DNA from: Macrostomum lignano
Lineage: Eukaryota
Length of the DNA stretch: 64,000 bases
Assembly (NCBI GenBank): GCA_002269645.1
Contig: NIVC01003152.1
Coordinates: 1 to 64,000, forward strand
Reading direction: 5' to 3'
Position numbers and translations under genes: made by a program. Every line of letters begins with the position of its first letter. Within the stretch, counting starts at the first letter, position 1. The notes under the pieces are model-generated. The model ran no database searches. It was not told where the DNA came from and was given only the letters and a program-made list of their open reading frames with translations. This document shows positions 26,022 through 43,652 of this stretch, piece by piece.

Positions 26022-29000
26022 CATGTCTGTCTGTCTGTCTCCCTGTCTGTCTGTCTGTCTGTCCCCGTCTGTCGGTCCCTGTCTGTCTGTCTGTCTGTCT
26101 GTCTGCCGTCAGTCAGTCCCAGCCGCATCAACGCCCCCCCCCCACCCCGCACCCAGACGAGGGCCTGACCTTCCTGGACCATTTCCGGCTGCTCATCACG
26201 CAGATCGGCAACGCCATGGGCTACGTCCGCATGATCCGCAGCGGCGGACTCAACTGCTGCAGCAGCGCTATCAGATTTGTGCCGGACCTCGAGGATATCC
26301 CGGCGTTCGAGGAATTGGCGAGCAAGGCTGGATTGAGCCAGGGCACTGTGACTGCCGCCCAGCAACTGGACCAAGTAAGTAGAAACATCTCTTTTTTAAG
26401 AAGTCAAAAGAGATCCTCTGACAATATAGAACTTAGACAACTTTTTAGAATCATTACGTCTAAAACTATCGTCACCGCTATACACTTTCTAGAAAATCGG
26501 CCTTCAAAACCCTCTAAGAATCGGCCTTCAAAACCCTTTTAGAATCTTTACAACCCGCTTAGAATCGGCTATCAAAACCCACTTAGAATCGGCTATCAAA
26601 ACCCACTTAGAATCGGCTATCAAAACCCACTTAGTATCGGCTATCAAAACCCACTTAGAATCGGCTATCAAAACCCACTTAGAATCGGCTATCAAAACTC
26701 ACTTAGAATCGGCTATCAAAACCCACTTAGAATCGGCTATCAAAACCCACTTAGAATCGGCTATCAAAACCCACTTAGAATCGGCTATCAAAACCCACTT
26801 AGAATCGGCTATCAAAACCCACTTAGAATCGGCTATCAAAACCCACTTAGAATCGGCTATCAAAACCCACTTAGAATCGGCTATCAAAACCCACTTAGAA
26901 TCGGCTATCAAAACCCACTTAGAATCGGCTATCAAAACCCACTTAGAATCGGCTATCAAAACCCTCTCAGAACCGGCCCTCAAAAAACCATCTAAGAATC
27001 ATCCCTCAAAATTCTTTAAGAATCGGCCCTCAAAACCCTCTAAGAATCGGCCCTCTTGACTTACTTGACTTAGCTGCAGGGGGCGTCCGGCGGATGCAGC
27101 GGGGAGGCGGAGGAGACCGCCCATTCCGCTAGCCCCTGGCGACCAATGACTTCCGTTGAAGTGAAGTCGCTCAGGGGGACCCGTCGGTCTCGCCTGCAGC
27201 GCGGTCCTCCTCACCGACAGTGGGGAAGAAATTGGCTCGTCCCGTGTCCCTAAGGTACCGGGCGAGCAGCGGGATGCTCTCGGGCCTGCAAACGTCGGAA
27301 AGAACCGGGTTTGGCCCGAGGTGAGTGAGCCTGGCCCTGGTGAAAACCGGGCAGTGGCAGATAAAATGCTCGGCGTTTTCACTGCCTGAGCGGCAGAAGG
27401 GGCACCGCTCCTCGGGTACCTGGCCCTGAAGGAAGCGGTGGCGAGAGAAGCAGCCATGCCCGGAGAGGACCATGCTAACTGCTCTGAGGTCTCTGCGGTT
27501 GAGCCTGAGGAGGGCTCTACGCAGGAGAGGGGAGGGGCAGGGGACGGCCGCCCGGGATTGCCTACAATTCCGGGTGTCGTGCCACCTGCGGAGATGCTCG
27601 GAGTCAGTCCAACGCTTAACGCGGGAGTTGATCACCGAGGCGGGGATGGATGGGGGCCCCCGGGCCCGAGAATCGGCCCTCAAAACCCTCTAAGAATCGG
27701 CCCTCAAAACCCTCTAAGAATCGGCCCTCAAAACTCTTTAAGAATCGGCCCTCAAAACTCTTTAAGAATCGGCCCTCAAAACCCTCTAAGAATCGGCCCT
27801 CAAAACCCTCTAAGAATCGGCCCTCAAAACCCTATAAGAATCGGCCCTCAAAACCCTCTAAGAATGGGCCCTCAAAACCATAAAGACTCATTGGCACCCT
27901 CCCGCAGACAGTCGCAGGTCTAGTCAAGAACTACAGCGAAGGCACAGACTATTTCGCTATGCTAGTTGACGTATTCGCCAAAGAATTTCGCGACAAAAAG
28001 AATGCCCATCTGCGCAACGTTCACGTGATTGTGCCAGCCCTCACTGTGAACTTTGTGGAGCACATGGTCCAGTGCAAAGATCGACTGAATAAGAAAAACA
28101 AAACCGGAGCGGCTTTCTCCGACGATGGCTTTGCCATGGGCCTGGCCTACGTGTTGAAACTGTTGGATCAAAGTCGCGAGTTCGATTCCCTGCATTGGTT
28201 CCGCTCAGTTCAGAGGCACTACGGAACGCTTAAGGCTCAGGTAATTGATTTATATCGACACGTTTTAAAGCGTAAGGATAGAACGTTTTTAAGCGTGAGA
28301 ATCCTCTTAAACTCACTCAGAATCGCCCCAAACTCACTCTGAGAATCGCCTTAAAATCACTCTGAGAATCGCCCTAAACTCACTCTGAGTATCGCGTTAA
28401 ACTCACTCTGAGTATCTCCTTAAACTCACTCTGAGTATCTCCTTAAACTCACTCTCTCTGAGTATCTCCTTAAACTCACTCAAAGAATCGCCCTAAACTC
28501 ACTTTGAGTATCGCCCTAAACTCACTCTGAGTATCTCCTTAAACTCACTCTGAGTATCTCCTTAAACTCACTCTGAGTATCGCCTTAAACTCACTCTGAG
28601 TATCGCCTTAAAATCACTTTGAGTATCGCCTTAAACTCACTCAGAGAATCGCCCTAAACTCACTCTGAGTATCGCCCTAAACTCACTCTGAGTATCGCCC
28701 TAAACTCACTCTGAGTATCGCCCTAAACTCACCCGGAGTATCGCCCTAAACTCACTCTCAGAATCGCCCTAAACTCACTCTGAGTATCTCCTTAAACTCA
28801 CTCTGAGTATCTCCTTAAACTCACTCTGAGTATCGCCTTAAACTCACTCTGAGTATCGCCTTAAAATCACTTTGAGTATCGCCTTAAACTCACTCTGAGT
28901 ATCTCCTTAAACTCACTCTGAGTATCTCCTTAAACTCACTCAGAGAATCGCCCTAAACTCACTCTGAGTATCGCCCTAAACTCACTCTGAGTATCGCCCT

Positions 29001-29534
29001 AAACTCACCCGGAGTATCGCCCTAAACTCACTCTCAGAATCGCCCTAAACTCACTCTGAGTATCTCCTTAAACTCACTCTGAGTATCGCCCTAAACTCAC
29101 TCTGAGTATCTCCTTAAACTCACTCTGAGTATCTCCTTAAACTCACTCTGAGTATCTCCTTAAACTCACTCTCTCTGAGAATCGCCTTAAACTCACTCTG
29201 AGTATCTCCTTAAACTCACTCTCTCTGAGAATCGCCTTAAACTCTGAGTATCGCCCTAAACTCACCCCAGGCCAAGCAGCAGTTGGACAAGGCCGGCCGG
29301 TCGGATGAGAAGCTCCAGCAGACGCTGACCCTGACTCTCAGCCGGCATGAGCGATATTCGCGTGAATTCGCCCTACTAGACCAGGGCCTCACTAGCGCCA
29401 GAATCTTCTTCCGCGCCGAGAAAGAGGGCGGCGGAGGCGGAGGCAGCGGAGGAAGTGGCGGCGCAGGCGACTCTGCAGCCGCGGCCCCGACATCAGCGGA
29501 GACAGCGGAAGCGACGCCGGCTGCAGCTTCGTGA
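18307..29534 (+). CDS. WASHC4: WASH complex subunit 4 (SWIP/KIAA1033), ~1192 aa, 11 exons
   Basis: Exons 18307-18649, 20104-20444, 20715-20987, 21435-21656, 22766-23074, 23486-23757, 24349-24970, 25514-25895, 26157-26374, 27908-28240, 29271-29534; all GT-AG and in phase. Hallmarks: [88 protein letters not shown]. Confidence 0.97.
18795..19925 (+). repeat. 20-bp minisatellite AAGAATCGTCCATCATCTCT with ~236-bp higher-order repeat (WASHC4 intron 1)
   Basis: Direct reading; the variant monomer AAAAATTGCCC recurs at 18992, 19228, 19464. Confidence 0.95.
21680..22760 (+). repeat. ~20-bp minisatellite AAGAATCGCCCCCAAACCAC (WASHC4 intron 4)
   Basis: Direct reading. Confidence 0.95.
23770..24225. 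repeat. (AGT/AGC)n microsatellite (WASHC4 intron 6)
   Basis: Direct reading. Confidence 0.95.
25035..25465 (+). repeat. 23-bp minisatellite CAAGAATCGYCATAAACAACCCT (WASHC4 intron 7)
   Basis: Direct reading. Confidence 0.95.
25907..26112. repeat. (TGTC)n microsatellite (WASHC4 intron 8)
   Basis: Direct reading. Confidence 0.95.
26500..27875 (+). repeat. 24-bp minisatellites TAGAATCGGCTATCAAAACCCACT / TAAGAATCGGCCCTCAAAACCCTC (WASHC4 intron 9), interrupted by a LINE fragment
   Basis: Direct reading. Confidence 0.95.
27056..27668 (-). mobile_element. 5'-truncated 3' end of an RNase H-bearing LINE
   Basis: Encodes ..[43 protein letters not shown] (C-terminal CCHC-type region). Tail CCTGCAGCTAAGTCAAGTAAGTCAA; flanked by a 13-bp direct repeat AGAATCGGCCCTC (27043-27055, 27669-27681). 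Closely similar to 59605-60180. Confidence 0.85.
28300..29265 (+). repeat. 23-bp minisatellite GAG(T/A)ATCGCCYTAAACTCACTCT (WASHC4 intron 10)
   Basis: Direct reading; runs directly into the acceptor ..CTAAACTCACCCCAG at 29270. Confidence 0.95.
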
Positions 29535-29864
29535 ACATTTGATTAAGCAATGCTTTCATTTAATTATGGAGTCTGTGCGGTTCTATTACTCTCTGATGAC
29601 ATTTGATTATTCTTCCAAGTATGTTTTGATTTTAAATCGTTTGTCTATTCTAGAATTACTTTTAGGGAATTCCCATGAAATCTTAAATGTTTGTTTACGA
29701 AAATTACAGTGCGATTTTTCTATTTTCGTTTAGGGAAATCCCAGTTAAATCTGTAAATGTGCATTCTTTGATAACCACTGGAAAATCCCACATTTTTGTA
29801 GAGGAGAATCCACAGGGAAATACCCAACGTTCGTGAAAATCCCCAGTAAAATTTAGCCATGTTC

Positions 29865-30245
29865 GGAAAGGGGAATCCCCATTGGAATTTCCCCATGTTC
29901 GGGAAGGGGGAATCCCCATTGGAATTTCCCCATGTTCGGGAAGGGGAATCCCCATTGGAATTTCCCCATGTTCGGGAAGGGGAATCCCCATTGGAATTTC
30001 CCTATGTTCGGGAAGGGGAATCCCCATTGAAATTTCCCCATGTTCGGAGAGGGGGAATCCCCAGTGGAATTTCCCCATGTTCGGAGAGGGGGAATCCCCA
30101 GTGGAATTTCCCCATGTTCGGAGAGGGGGAATCCCCAGTGGAACCATGTTCGGAGAGGGGGAATCCACAGTGGAATTTACCCATGTTCGGGGAGGGGGAA
30201 TCCCCAGTGGAATTTACCCATGTTCGGGGAGGGGGAGTCCCAGTG
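29865..30245. repeat. 36-37-bp minisatellite CATGTTCGGGAAGGGGAATCCCCATTGGAATTTCCC
   Basis: Direct reading; ~10 copies downstream of the WASHC4 stop. Confidence 0.95.
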
Positions 30246-30794
30246 GAAGGAAAAAGGAGGGAAATCCTCATGAAATATTTGGATCTACATTAAGATAAAT
30301 CCCAGTTTAATAAAGATATGTACATTTTGAGTAATCCCACAAGATTATTTTTGTCACTGGACTGGAATCCAGTAAATTTTTATCTCAGCCAAATTTATTT
30401 GATTAGCCTGCGCCCCTCAAAATTAAAAACGCAATATTTACTTCAGAAAAAAACTGTTTGCTTAAATTCAAGCGATTGCCTATCAGTAGTATGTTTAGTT
30501 TCGTTGTTTAATTTATTCCACTGTTACAAGTTCTTTTTCAAGTTAATATCGTTAATGATTCATGTTAATATTTATATTCGACCCAGTACATTTTGATCGA
30601 TTTATTTTACTATCGTGATATTTTTTCAACAACTCAAAATTTAAAGACTAATTAAACCGCGAGTACTTGACTGATTTAGGCAGGCATTAATAATAATCTA
30701 ATAATTATAAACTGCGCCAACTCTGTAATTTTTATAGTTTGATTTTGAAATTTATAAAAACTTGCAGATCTTGAAAGATTTTGTGTTCATCATT

Positions 30795-31685
30795 TCCATG
30801 AAACCATTAATAATCACTCGATCAATCTCATCGAGAATCGCCCCATCAATTTCATCGAGAATCGCCCCAACAATCTCATCGAGAATCGCCTCATCAATCT
30901 CATTAAGAATCGCCCCATCAATCTCATCGAGAATCGCCCCATCAATATCATTGAGAATCGCCCCATCAATCTCATCGAGAATCGCCCCATCAATATCATT
31001 GAGAATCGCCCCATCAATCTCATCGAGAATCGCCCCATCAATCACATTGAGAATCGCCCCATCAATCTCATCGAGAATCGCTCCATCAATCTCATCGAGA
31101 ATCGCCCCATCAATCACATTGAGAATCGCCCCAACAATCTCATCGAGAATCGCCCCATCAATCTCATTAAGAATCGCCCCATCAATCTCATTAAGAATCG
31201 CCCCAACAATCTCATCGAGAATCGCTCCATCAATCTCATCGAGAATCGCCCCGTCAATCACATTGAGAATCGCCCCATCAATCTCATCGAGAATCGCCCC
31301 ATCAATCTCATTAAGAATCGCCCCATCAATCTCATTAAGAATCGCCCCATCAATCTCATCGAGAATCGCCCCATCAATCACATTGAAAATCGCCCCATCA
31401 ATCTCATCGAGAATCGCCCCATCAATCTCATCGAGAATCGCCCCATCAATCTCATCGAGAATCGCCCCGTCAATCACATTGAGAATCGCCCCATCAATCT
31501 CATCGAGAATCGCCCCATCAATCTCATTAAGAATCGCCCCATCAATCTCATTAAGAATCGCCCCATCAATCTCATCGAGAATCGCCCCATCAATCACATT
31601 GAAAATCGCCCCATCAATCTCATCGAGAATCGCCCCATCAATCTCATCGAGAATCGCCCCATCAATCTCATTGAGAATCGCTATC
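30795..31685 (+). repeat. 24-bp minisatellite GAGAATCGCCCCATCAATCTCATC, ~37 copies
   Basis: Direct reading; unit length divisible by 3 explains the 312-316 aa pseudo-ORFs. Confidence 0.95.
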
Positions 31686-32029
31686 CACACTGATAGCTTG
31701 CACTGTGAATAGCCACACTGTTACAATACTGAATGAGTTGCACCCACATGTACATGTATACATGTACGTACACGTAGCTCCAACAGTCCAAATTTTGTTA
31801 AGGTGTTTTTACTGTTATCAGAAAAGTTTATCTTTCATTGGTGCTTATAGCGTCAAGTTCGTGCCATGCCAGGACAGACACTCGTCAGGTGTGCTGTGGT
31901 CACAGAACTGAAACGCGAGCTCACTGCAGGCTTGTCACGTTTCTTGTTGTAAAGTTTTGGTTATTACAAAAAGACTGGATTGTAAGAGTTTTAGTTGGCT
32001 AAGCTTTGCAATTGGCAATAGCCATAGCC

Positions 32030-34155
32030 ATGCTTGCACTGCTGCTTCTGCCCTGCCTGTTGCTGTCGTCTCTAACGGCAGAGACCAGCATCCCCAATGA
32101 CTGGATTGAGTACACTCCTGGCGACTGCAATCTGATCATCTCGTCGCCTCACGGCGGCTGGCTTCGACCTGCGGAGATCGAGGACCGGACTCATGGTTGC
32201 CTGGCTGCGGACGGCGTCACCTGCCGATGGGAGAAGTCCTGCAGTCCGGTCGCGCCAACGGCTTGTAGAGCTGTCACTGGGGCTGACATTAACACTCAAC
32301 AGGTTCTTGGCCTCTGCTGACAGTTTTCTGCTCTTGGCGCCATTGTGCCCGTCCCTGGTGACATTCTACCCCTGTCCCTGGTGACATTCTACCCCTGTCC
32401 CTGGTGACATTCTACCCCTGTCCCTGGTGACATTCTACCCCTGTCCCTGTGACATTCTACCCTGTCCCTGGTGACATTCTACCCTGTCCCTGGTGACATT
32501 CTACCCCTGTCCCTGGTGACATTCTACCCCTGTCCCTGTGACATTCTACCCTGTCCCTGGTGACATTCTACCCTGTCCCTGGTGACATTCTACCCTGTCC
32601 CTGGTGACATTCTACCCCTGTCCCTGGTGACATTCTACCCCTGTCCCTGTGACATTCTACCCCTGTCCCTGGTGACATATTCTACCCTGTCCCTGGTGAC
32701 ATTCTACCCCTGTCCCTGGTGACATTCTACCCCTGTTTATTGGCATACTACCCCTGTTCCTACTAACATTCTGCCCATATCCCTGGTGACATTCTACCCC
32801 TGTCCCTGTCCTCAGCGACCTTACTCTCGACCTGTACCGTAATCTGAATCCGGTAACCCAGGTTGCAGCCCAGCTGGTGGAGCACCTTGCCGAGCGGTAC
32901 AGCTGCCGGCCGCACTTCATCAGGGCCAATCTGCACCGCAGCAAGCTGGATCCCAACCGACCAGTCGAAGAAGCCGCCCAAGGTGACCGGCTGGCCCAGG
33001 TGGCCTGGAAGGCCTACCACGAGACTTTTATGACTGCCGCCATGGAGCGAGTCCAGTCTCGATACGGGATCGGCCTGGTGCTGGATATCCACGGACAGTC
33101 CCATCCTGAGCAGTGGACCGAGCTGGGTTATGTGTAAGGCAATAATAATACTGCTGCTGCTACTGATACTACTCGGAGTTGGTTAGTAGTATAGTAAGAA
33201 AGCTCCGTGATTTTTGTTTGACCGAATTCTCCCAAAGATTGTCAGTACTAGGCCGAGCAAGGGTCAGTGTCAGCATCTAAAAAATAAGTGTCAGGATGCG
33301 TTAGCGCTAGTGTCAGTTATACCTTAAAATAAGTGTCAGGATGCGTTAGCGCTAGTGTCAGTTAAACCTTAAAATAAGTGTCAGGATGCGTTAGCGCTAG
33401 TGTCAGTTAAACCATTAAAATAAGTGTCAGGATGCGTTAGCGCTAGTGTCAGTTAAACCATTAAAATAAGTGTCAGGATGCGTTAGCGCTAGTGTCAGTT
33501 AAGCCTTAAAAATAAGTGTCAGGATGCGTTAGCGCTAGTGTCAGTTAAACCATTAAATTAAGTGTCAGGATGCATTAGCGCAAGTGTCAGTTAAACCATT
33601 AAAATAAGTGTCAGGATGCGTTAGCGCTAGTGTCAGTTAAACCATTAAAATAAGTGTCAGGATGCATTAGCGCAAGTGTCAGTTAAACCTTAAAATAAGT
33701 GTCAGGATGCGTTAGCGCTAGTGTCAGTTAAACCATTAAAATAAGTGTCAGGATGCGTTAGCGCAAGTGTCAGCCTGTCCGAAGAGCTACTCAACGCCGG
33801 ACCCCAGGACCTCTCCGGCAGCAGCATTCGGGCACTTCAGGCTCGAACTGGCAAATCAGCTCAGGAGCTGCTCAGCGGTCGCCTGAGTCTGGGCTCCCTA
33901 ATGGAGTCAGCTGGTTACAAAGTGGTTCCATCGCGCTCTCACCCGTCTCCGGGATCTGGCAACTATTTCAGCGGCGGCTACATCACCCAGAGGTACGGCT
34001 CGCTGCTCTCCGGCCAGATCGACGCCATCCAGGTGGAGATCGCCAGCGGAATTCGGCTGAACCCGACGGCTTGCGAGAAATTCGCCGCCGACTTGGCTCA
34101 ACAAGTTGATCAGTTCAGGCGAATCAATGGCTACGATATTTCGCCTAGGAGTTGA
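32030..34155 (+). CDS. Secreted N-formylglutamate amidohydrolase-like protein (Zn-exopeptidase fold), ~308 aa, 3 exons
   Basis: Exons 32030-32302, 32862-33133, 33774-34155 in phase. Signal peptide MLALLLLPCLLLSSLTA; motifs LIISSPHGG, ADINTQQ, LHRSKLDPNR, LVLDIHGQSH, IDAIQVE. Confidence 0.85.
32350..32808. repeat. 22-23-bp minisatellite CCCTGGTGACATTCTACCCCTGT (intron 1 of the hydrolase gene)
   Basis: Direct reading. Confidence 0.95.
33280..33773. repeat. 45-46-bp minisatellite (..AAGTGTCAGGATGCGTTAGCGCTAGTGTCAG..) in intron 2 of the hydrolase gene
   Basis: Direct reading; ~11 copies, and the last unit supplies the acceptor AG. Confidence 0.95.
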
Positions 34156-34374
34156 TGAAATAAAGTTCTCAAATGCACACAAGAAATTTTGAATCGTACA
34201 GCTTCAACTTGCTTACCCATATAATAATATTAATAATAGCAATAACTGAATACACCTGCCTCAACTGGGCCAGATGTGCAACCGACAGGCGCATCTGAAG
34301 GCTGCGTACGGCTGTTCAGTCCATAGACTGGGGGGTTGCCACACACACCCTCAATTACCCCAGCTAATGCTGGC

Positions 34375-34465
34375 TACCCATTTTACAGCTGGGAGAGTTA
34401 AGTGTCTTGCTAAAGGACACAAATTCTTCCGAATTGGGTTAGGGAATCGAACCCCCGGCCTGTGC
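34375..34465 (+). mobile_element. Possible CORE-SINE (MIR-like) relic
   Basis: TACCCATTTTACAGCTGGGAGAGTTAAGTGTCTTGCTAAAGGACACA...GGGAATCGAACCC resembles the CORE-domain consensus (..ttacag..gttaagt..cttgcccaagg.caca..gga.t.gaacc). Confidence 0.4.
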
Positions 34466-35024
34466 AATTTTTGAAGCCAAAGAAAAAACCTGTGTTGGCT
34501 TGGCTTTACATAGTTTTCGTTGCTGGGACAATTTGCTACAAAAAGAAAGGTCAAAGTTAGAAAACGTCTGCAGCAGTATTACCCAGCAGGGCAGCAAGAT
34601 AAAAGCAAGTGTGTACATGCGTGTACATCACTCCTAGCGCGTGCGTTCCTGCCCAGAGGCATGACAGTTCAAGCTGCGAGGATGCATGCTCGTACCTGTA
34701 TTTCTAGGAAATATTTTCTTCCTCCAGCCCCCGGGCCAGCCTAGACTGAACTGGTCTTAACCTTGGTAGGCATTGCCAAATATGGTTATTTTTTGGCATT
34801 CCTACCATGTGGAAGCTTAGCTGGTAAGCTGGGATCTGAGAGAGGATGTACAGGGAAGTTTGCCAGTGTGGACTGCCGCTGCCGCAACACGGCACAGAGC
34901 AAAGCGTTTCACTCGCCGACGGTCCAGTCCAGTCCAAATAATGGTTATAAAAATAGAACTGTCGAGTCACCCAGCCCAGGACTTCCAAATCGAATTGAAC
35001 ACTTGGATTGGAAACAAAACGAAT

Positions 35025-35304
35025 AAGATAGAGAGATAGAGATAGCAATGTAGAGATAGAGAGAGAGGGAGAGAGGGGGAGATAGAGAGAGAGAGCGAGA
35101 GGGGGGAGATAGAGAGAGAGCGAGAGGGAGAGAGAGAGGGGGAGATAGAGAAAGAGAGCGAGAGGGAGAGAGAGGGGGAGATAGAGAGAGAGAGCGAGAG
35201 GGAGAGAGAGAGGGGGAGATAGAGAGAGAGAGAGAGAGAGCGTGAGGGAGAGAGAGAGAGGGGGAGATAGAGAGAGAGCGAGAGGGAGAGAGAGAGGGGG
35301 AGAT

Positions 35305-35402
<98 letters not shown>

Positions 35403-35690
35403 TGAGGGAGAGAGAGAGGGGGAGATAGAGAGAGAGAGCGAGAGAGAGAGAGGGGGGAGATAGAGAGAGAGAGAGAGCGTGAGGGAGAGAGATAGAGGGG
35501 GAGATAGAGAGAGAGAGAGAGAGAGAGCGAGAGGGAGGGAGAGAGAAAGGGAGATAGAGAGAGAGATAGAGGGAGAGATATGAGAGAGAGGGGGAGATAG
35601 AGAAGGAGGAATAGAGAGGGGGAGATAGAGGAAGAGATAAAGAGGGAGAGATGGAGAGGGAGAGATATAGAGGGGGAGAGAGAAGGGGAC
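35025..35690. repeat. Polypurine (GA)n / GAGAGGG low-complexity tract
   Basis: Direct reading; pure (GA)n at ~35310-35400. Confidence 0.95.
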
Positions 35691-36034
35691 TATTAAAAGC
35701 CTATGCGTTTTGAAACCTGTAGGTATTTGAAGCCTACCTACAACCCTTATACTGTTCTAGCCAATTCAAAACTGTCAGAGACCGCAGTTCCAGCCCCAGT
35801 CCAGAGTGGGCAGTTCCAGAGGTCCCCGGTTCGAAGCCCGACTATCGATCCACTCTGGTGGCTTGTGTTCAGCCGGCCTTCCTTCACCGCCCCCAGCATC
35901 CCTGCATTTCAGCCAGCGTTCCCCCTCGCCCAATCCACCCCGGCCCCCAAGCTTTAAACCCGCGCCACCCACAGCCTCCCCTACACTAAGGTCCCCCCAA
36001 CCCTGTAAAGCGCAAGTTCGATCCTCTCGTCTCT

Positions 36035-41953
<5,919 letters not shown>

Positions 41954-42171
41954 TGGCCGCGGTTAAATCAAATATTTTCTAACAAAGAAAGCCCGCTTTG
42001 AATTTCGCTGCTATTGCAACTTAGCTAAAAATGCCTTTTTTCTCGACTCTATATTATACGGTACATACAAATACTTTAGATTTTGGCGTTCATTCTCTAC
42101 TTGCAATACTCGCATATTTACAACGGGTAATACAATATTAAGCGCAAATCGCGATGTTTGCCTATGACCTT

Positions 42172-42622
42172 TAGTCTAGACTGAAGTGCAATTGTCTATG
42201 GCCTCAAGTCTAGACTGAAGTGCAATTGTCTATGGGCTCAAGTCTAGACTGAAGTGCGATTGTCCATGGCCTCAAGTCTAGACTGAATTGCAATTGTCTA
42301 TGGCCTCAAGTCTAGACTGAAGTGCAATTGTCTATGGGCTCAAGTCTAGACTGAAGTGCGATTGTCCATGGCCTCAAGTCTAGACTGAATTGCAATTGTC
42401 TATGGCCTCAAGTCTAGACTGAAGTGCAATTGTCTATGGCCTCAAGTCTAGACTGAAGTGCGATTGTCCATGGCCTCAAGTCTAGACTGAAGTGCGATTG
42501 TCCATGGCCTCAAGTCTAGGCTGAAGTGCGATTGTCCATGGCCTCAAGTCTAGACTGAAGTGCGATTGTCCATGGCCTCAAGTCTAGACTGAATTGCAAT
42601 TGTCGATATGGCCTTTAGTCTA
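42172..42622. repeat. 34-bp minisatellite AGTCTAGACTGAAGTGCAATTGTCTATGGCCTCA, ~13 copies
   Basis: Direct reading. Confidence 0.95.
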
Positions 42623-43112
42623 GCCCGACTGATGACGAAAAGGAAGTGTTCTTCATACTGAATTACCCGTTATAAGATACTACTAGCTTGAATAGTAGCA
42701 AAATTAGCTTTTAGAACTCACTGTTTAGCTTTTACAGTACCTTAGCTAGTTGATATTTTAAAAAAACAATTAAATGTGACCCCCAGCTGTACTTAATAAT
42801 TTTCTACTGTAAATGCATTCATTTTAGTAGCCTTTAATCAAATAACCAATGCGTTTTTAGCACTGATATTACTTTAAACAAAGCATTCTAGAGTTGATAA
42901 AAAATGTCCAGTCCGTTTTAGTCTACGGAAAACTTGAGATTTGTTACACTGTATTGTCCAGCTGCTTCAAAAAGTCCTTTATTTCATTATTGCTTTACTT
43001 AATAATATAATCAGCTTTTGCAGCACAAAATGGCCACAATTTTGTTTCTTGACGTTTATTTACCTGCACTAGACAAAATTTACATAATTTATTATACACA
43101 ATTAATCAATAA

Positions 43113-43652
43113 GACAAACTGACATTAACCTACTGTTTATAATCCTGACAAACTGACATTAACCTACTGTTTACAATCCTGACAAACTGACATTAACCTA
43201 CTGTTTATAATCCTGACAAACTGACATTAACCTACTGTTTACAATCCTGACAAACTGACATTAACCTACTGTTTAGAATCCAGACAAACTGACATTAACC
43301 TACTGTTTAGAATCCAGACAAACTGACATTAACCTACTGTTTACAATCCAGACAAACTGACATCAACCTACTGTTTACAATCCAGACAAACTGACATCAA
43401 CCTACTGTTTACAATCCTGACAAACTGACATTAACCTACTGTTTACAATCCAGACAAACTGACATCAACCTACTGTTTATATAATCCTAACAAACTGACA
43501 TCAACCTACTGTTTATATAATCCTAACAAACTGACATTAACCTACTGTTTACAATCCTGACAAACTGACATTAACCTACTGTTTACAATCCAGACAAACT
43601 GACATTAACCTACTGTTTACAATCCTGACAAACTGACATTAACCTACTGTTA
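43113..43652. repeat. 34-bp minisatellite ACAAACTGACATTAACCTACTGTTTACAATCCTG, ~16 copies
   Basis: Direct reading. Confidence 0.95.

Noticed and set aside
30752-31712. 312-316 aa ORFs on both strands
   Set aside because: Translation of a 24-bp tandem repeat lacking stops; no coding evidence.
18795-33773. Regular 20-46-bp arrays as CRISPR
   Set aside because: Units are head-to-tail with no unique spacers, there are no cas genes, and the context is eukaryotic introns.
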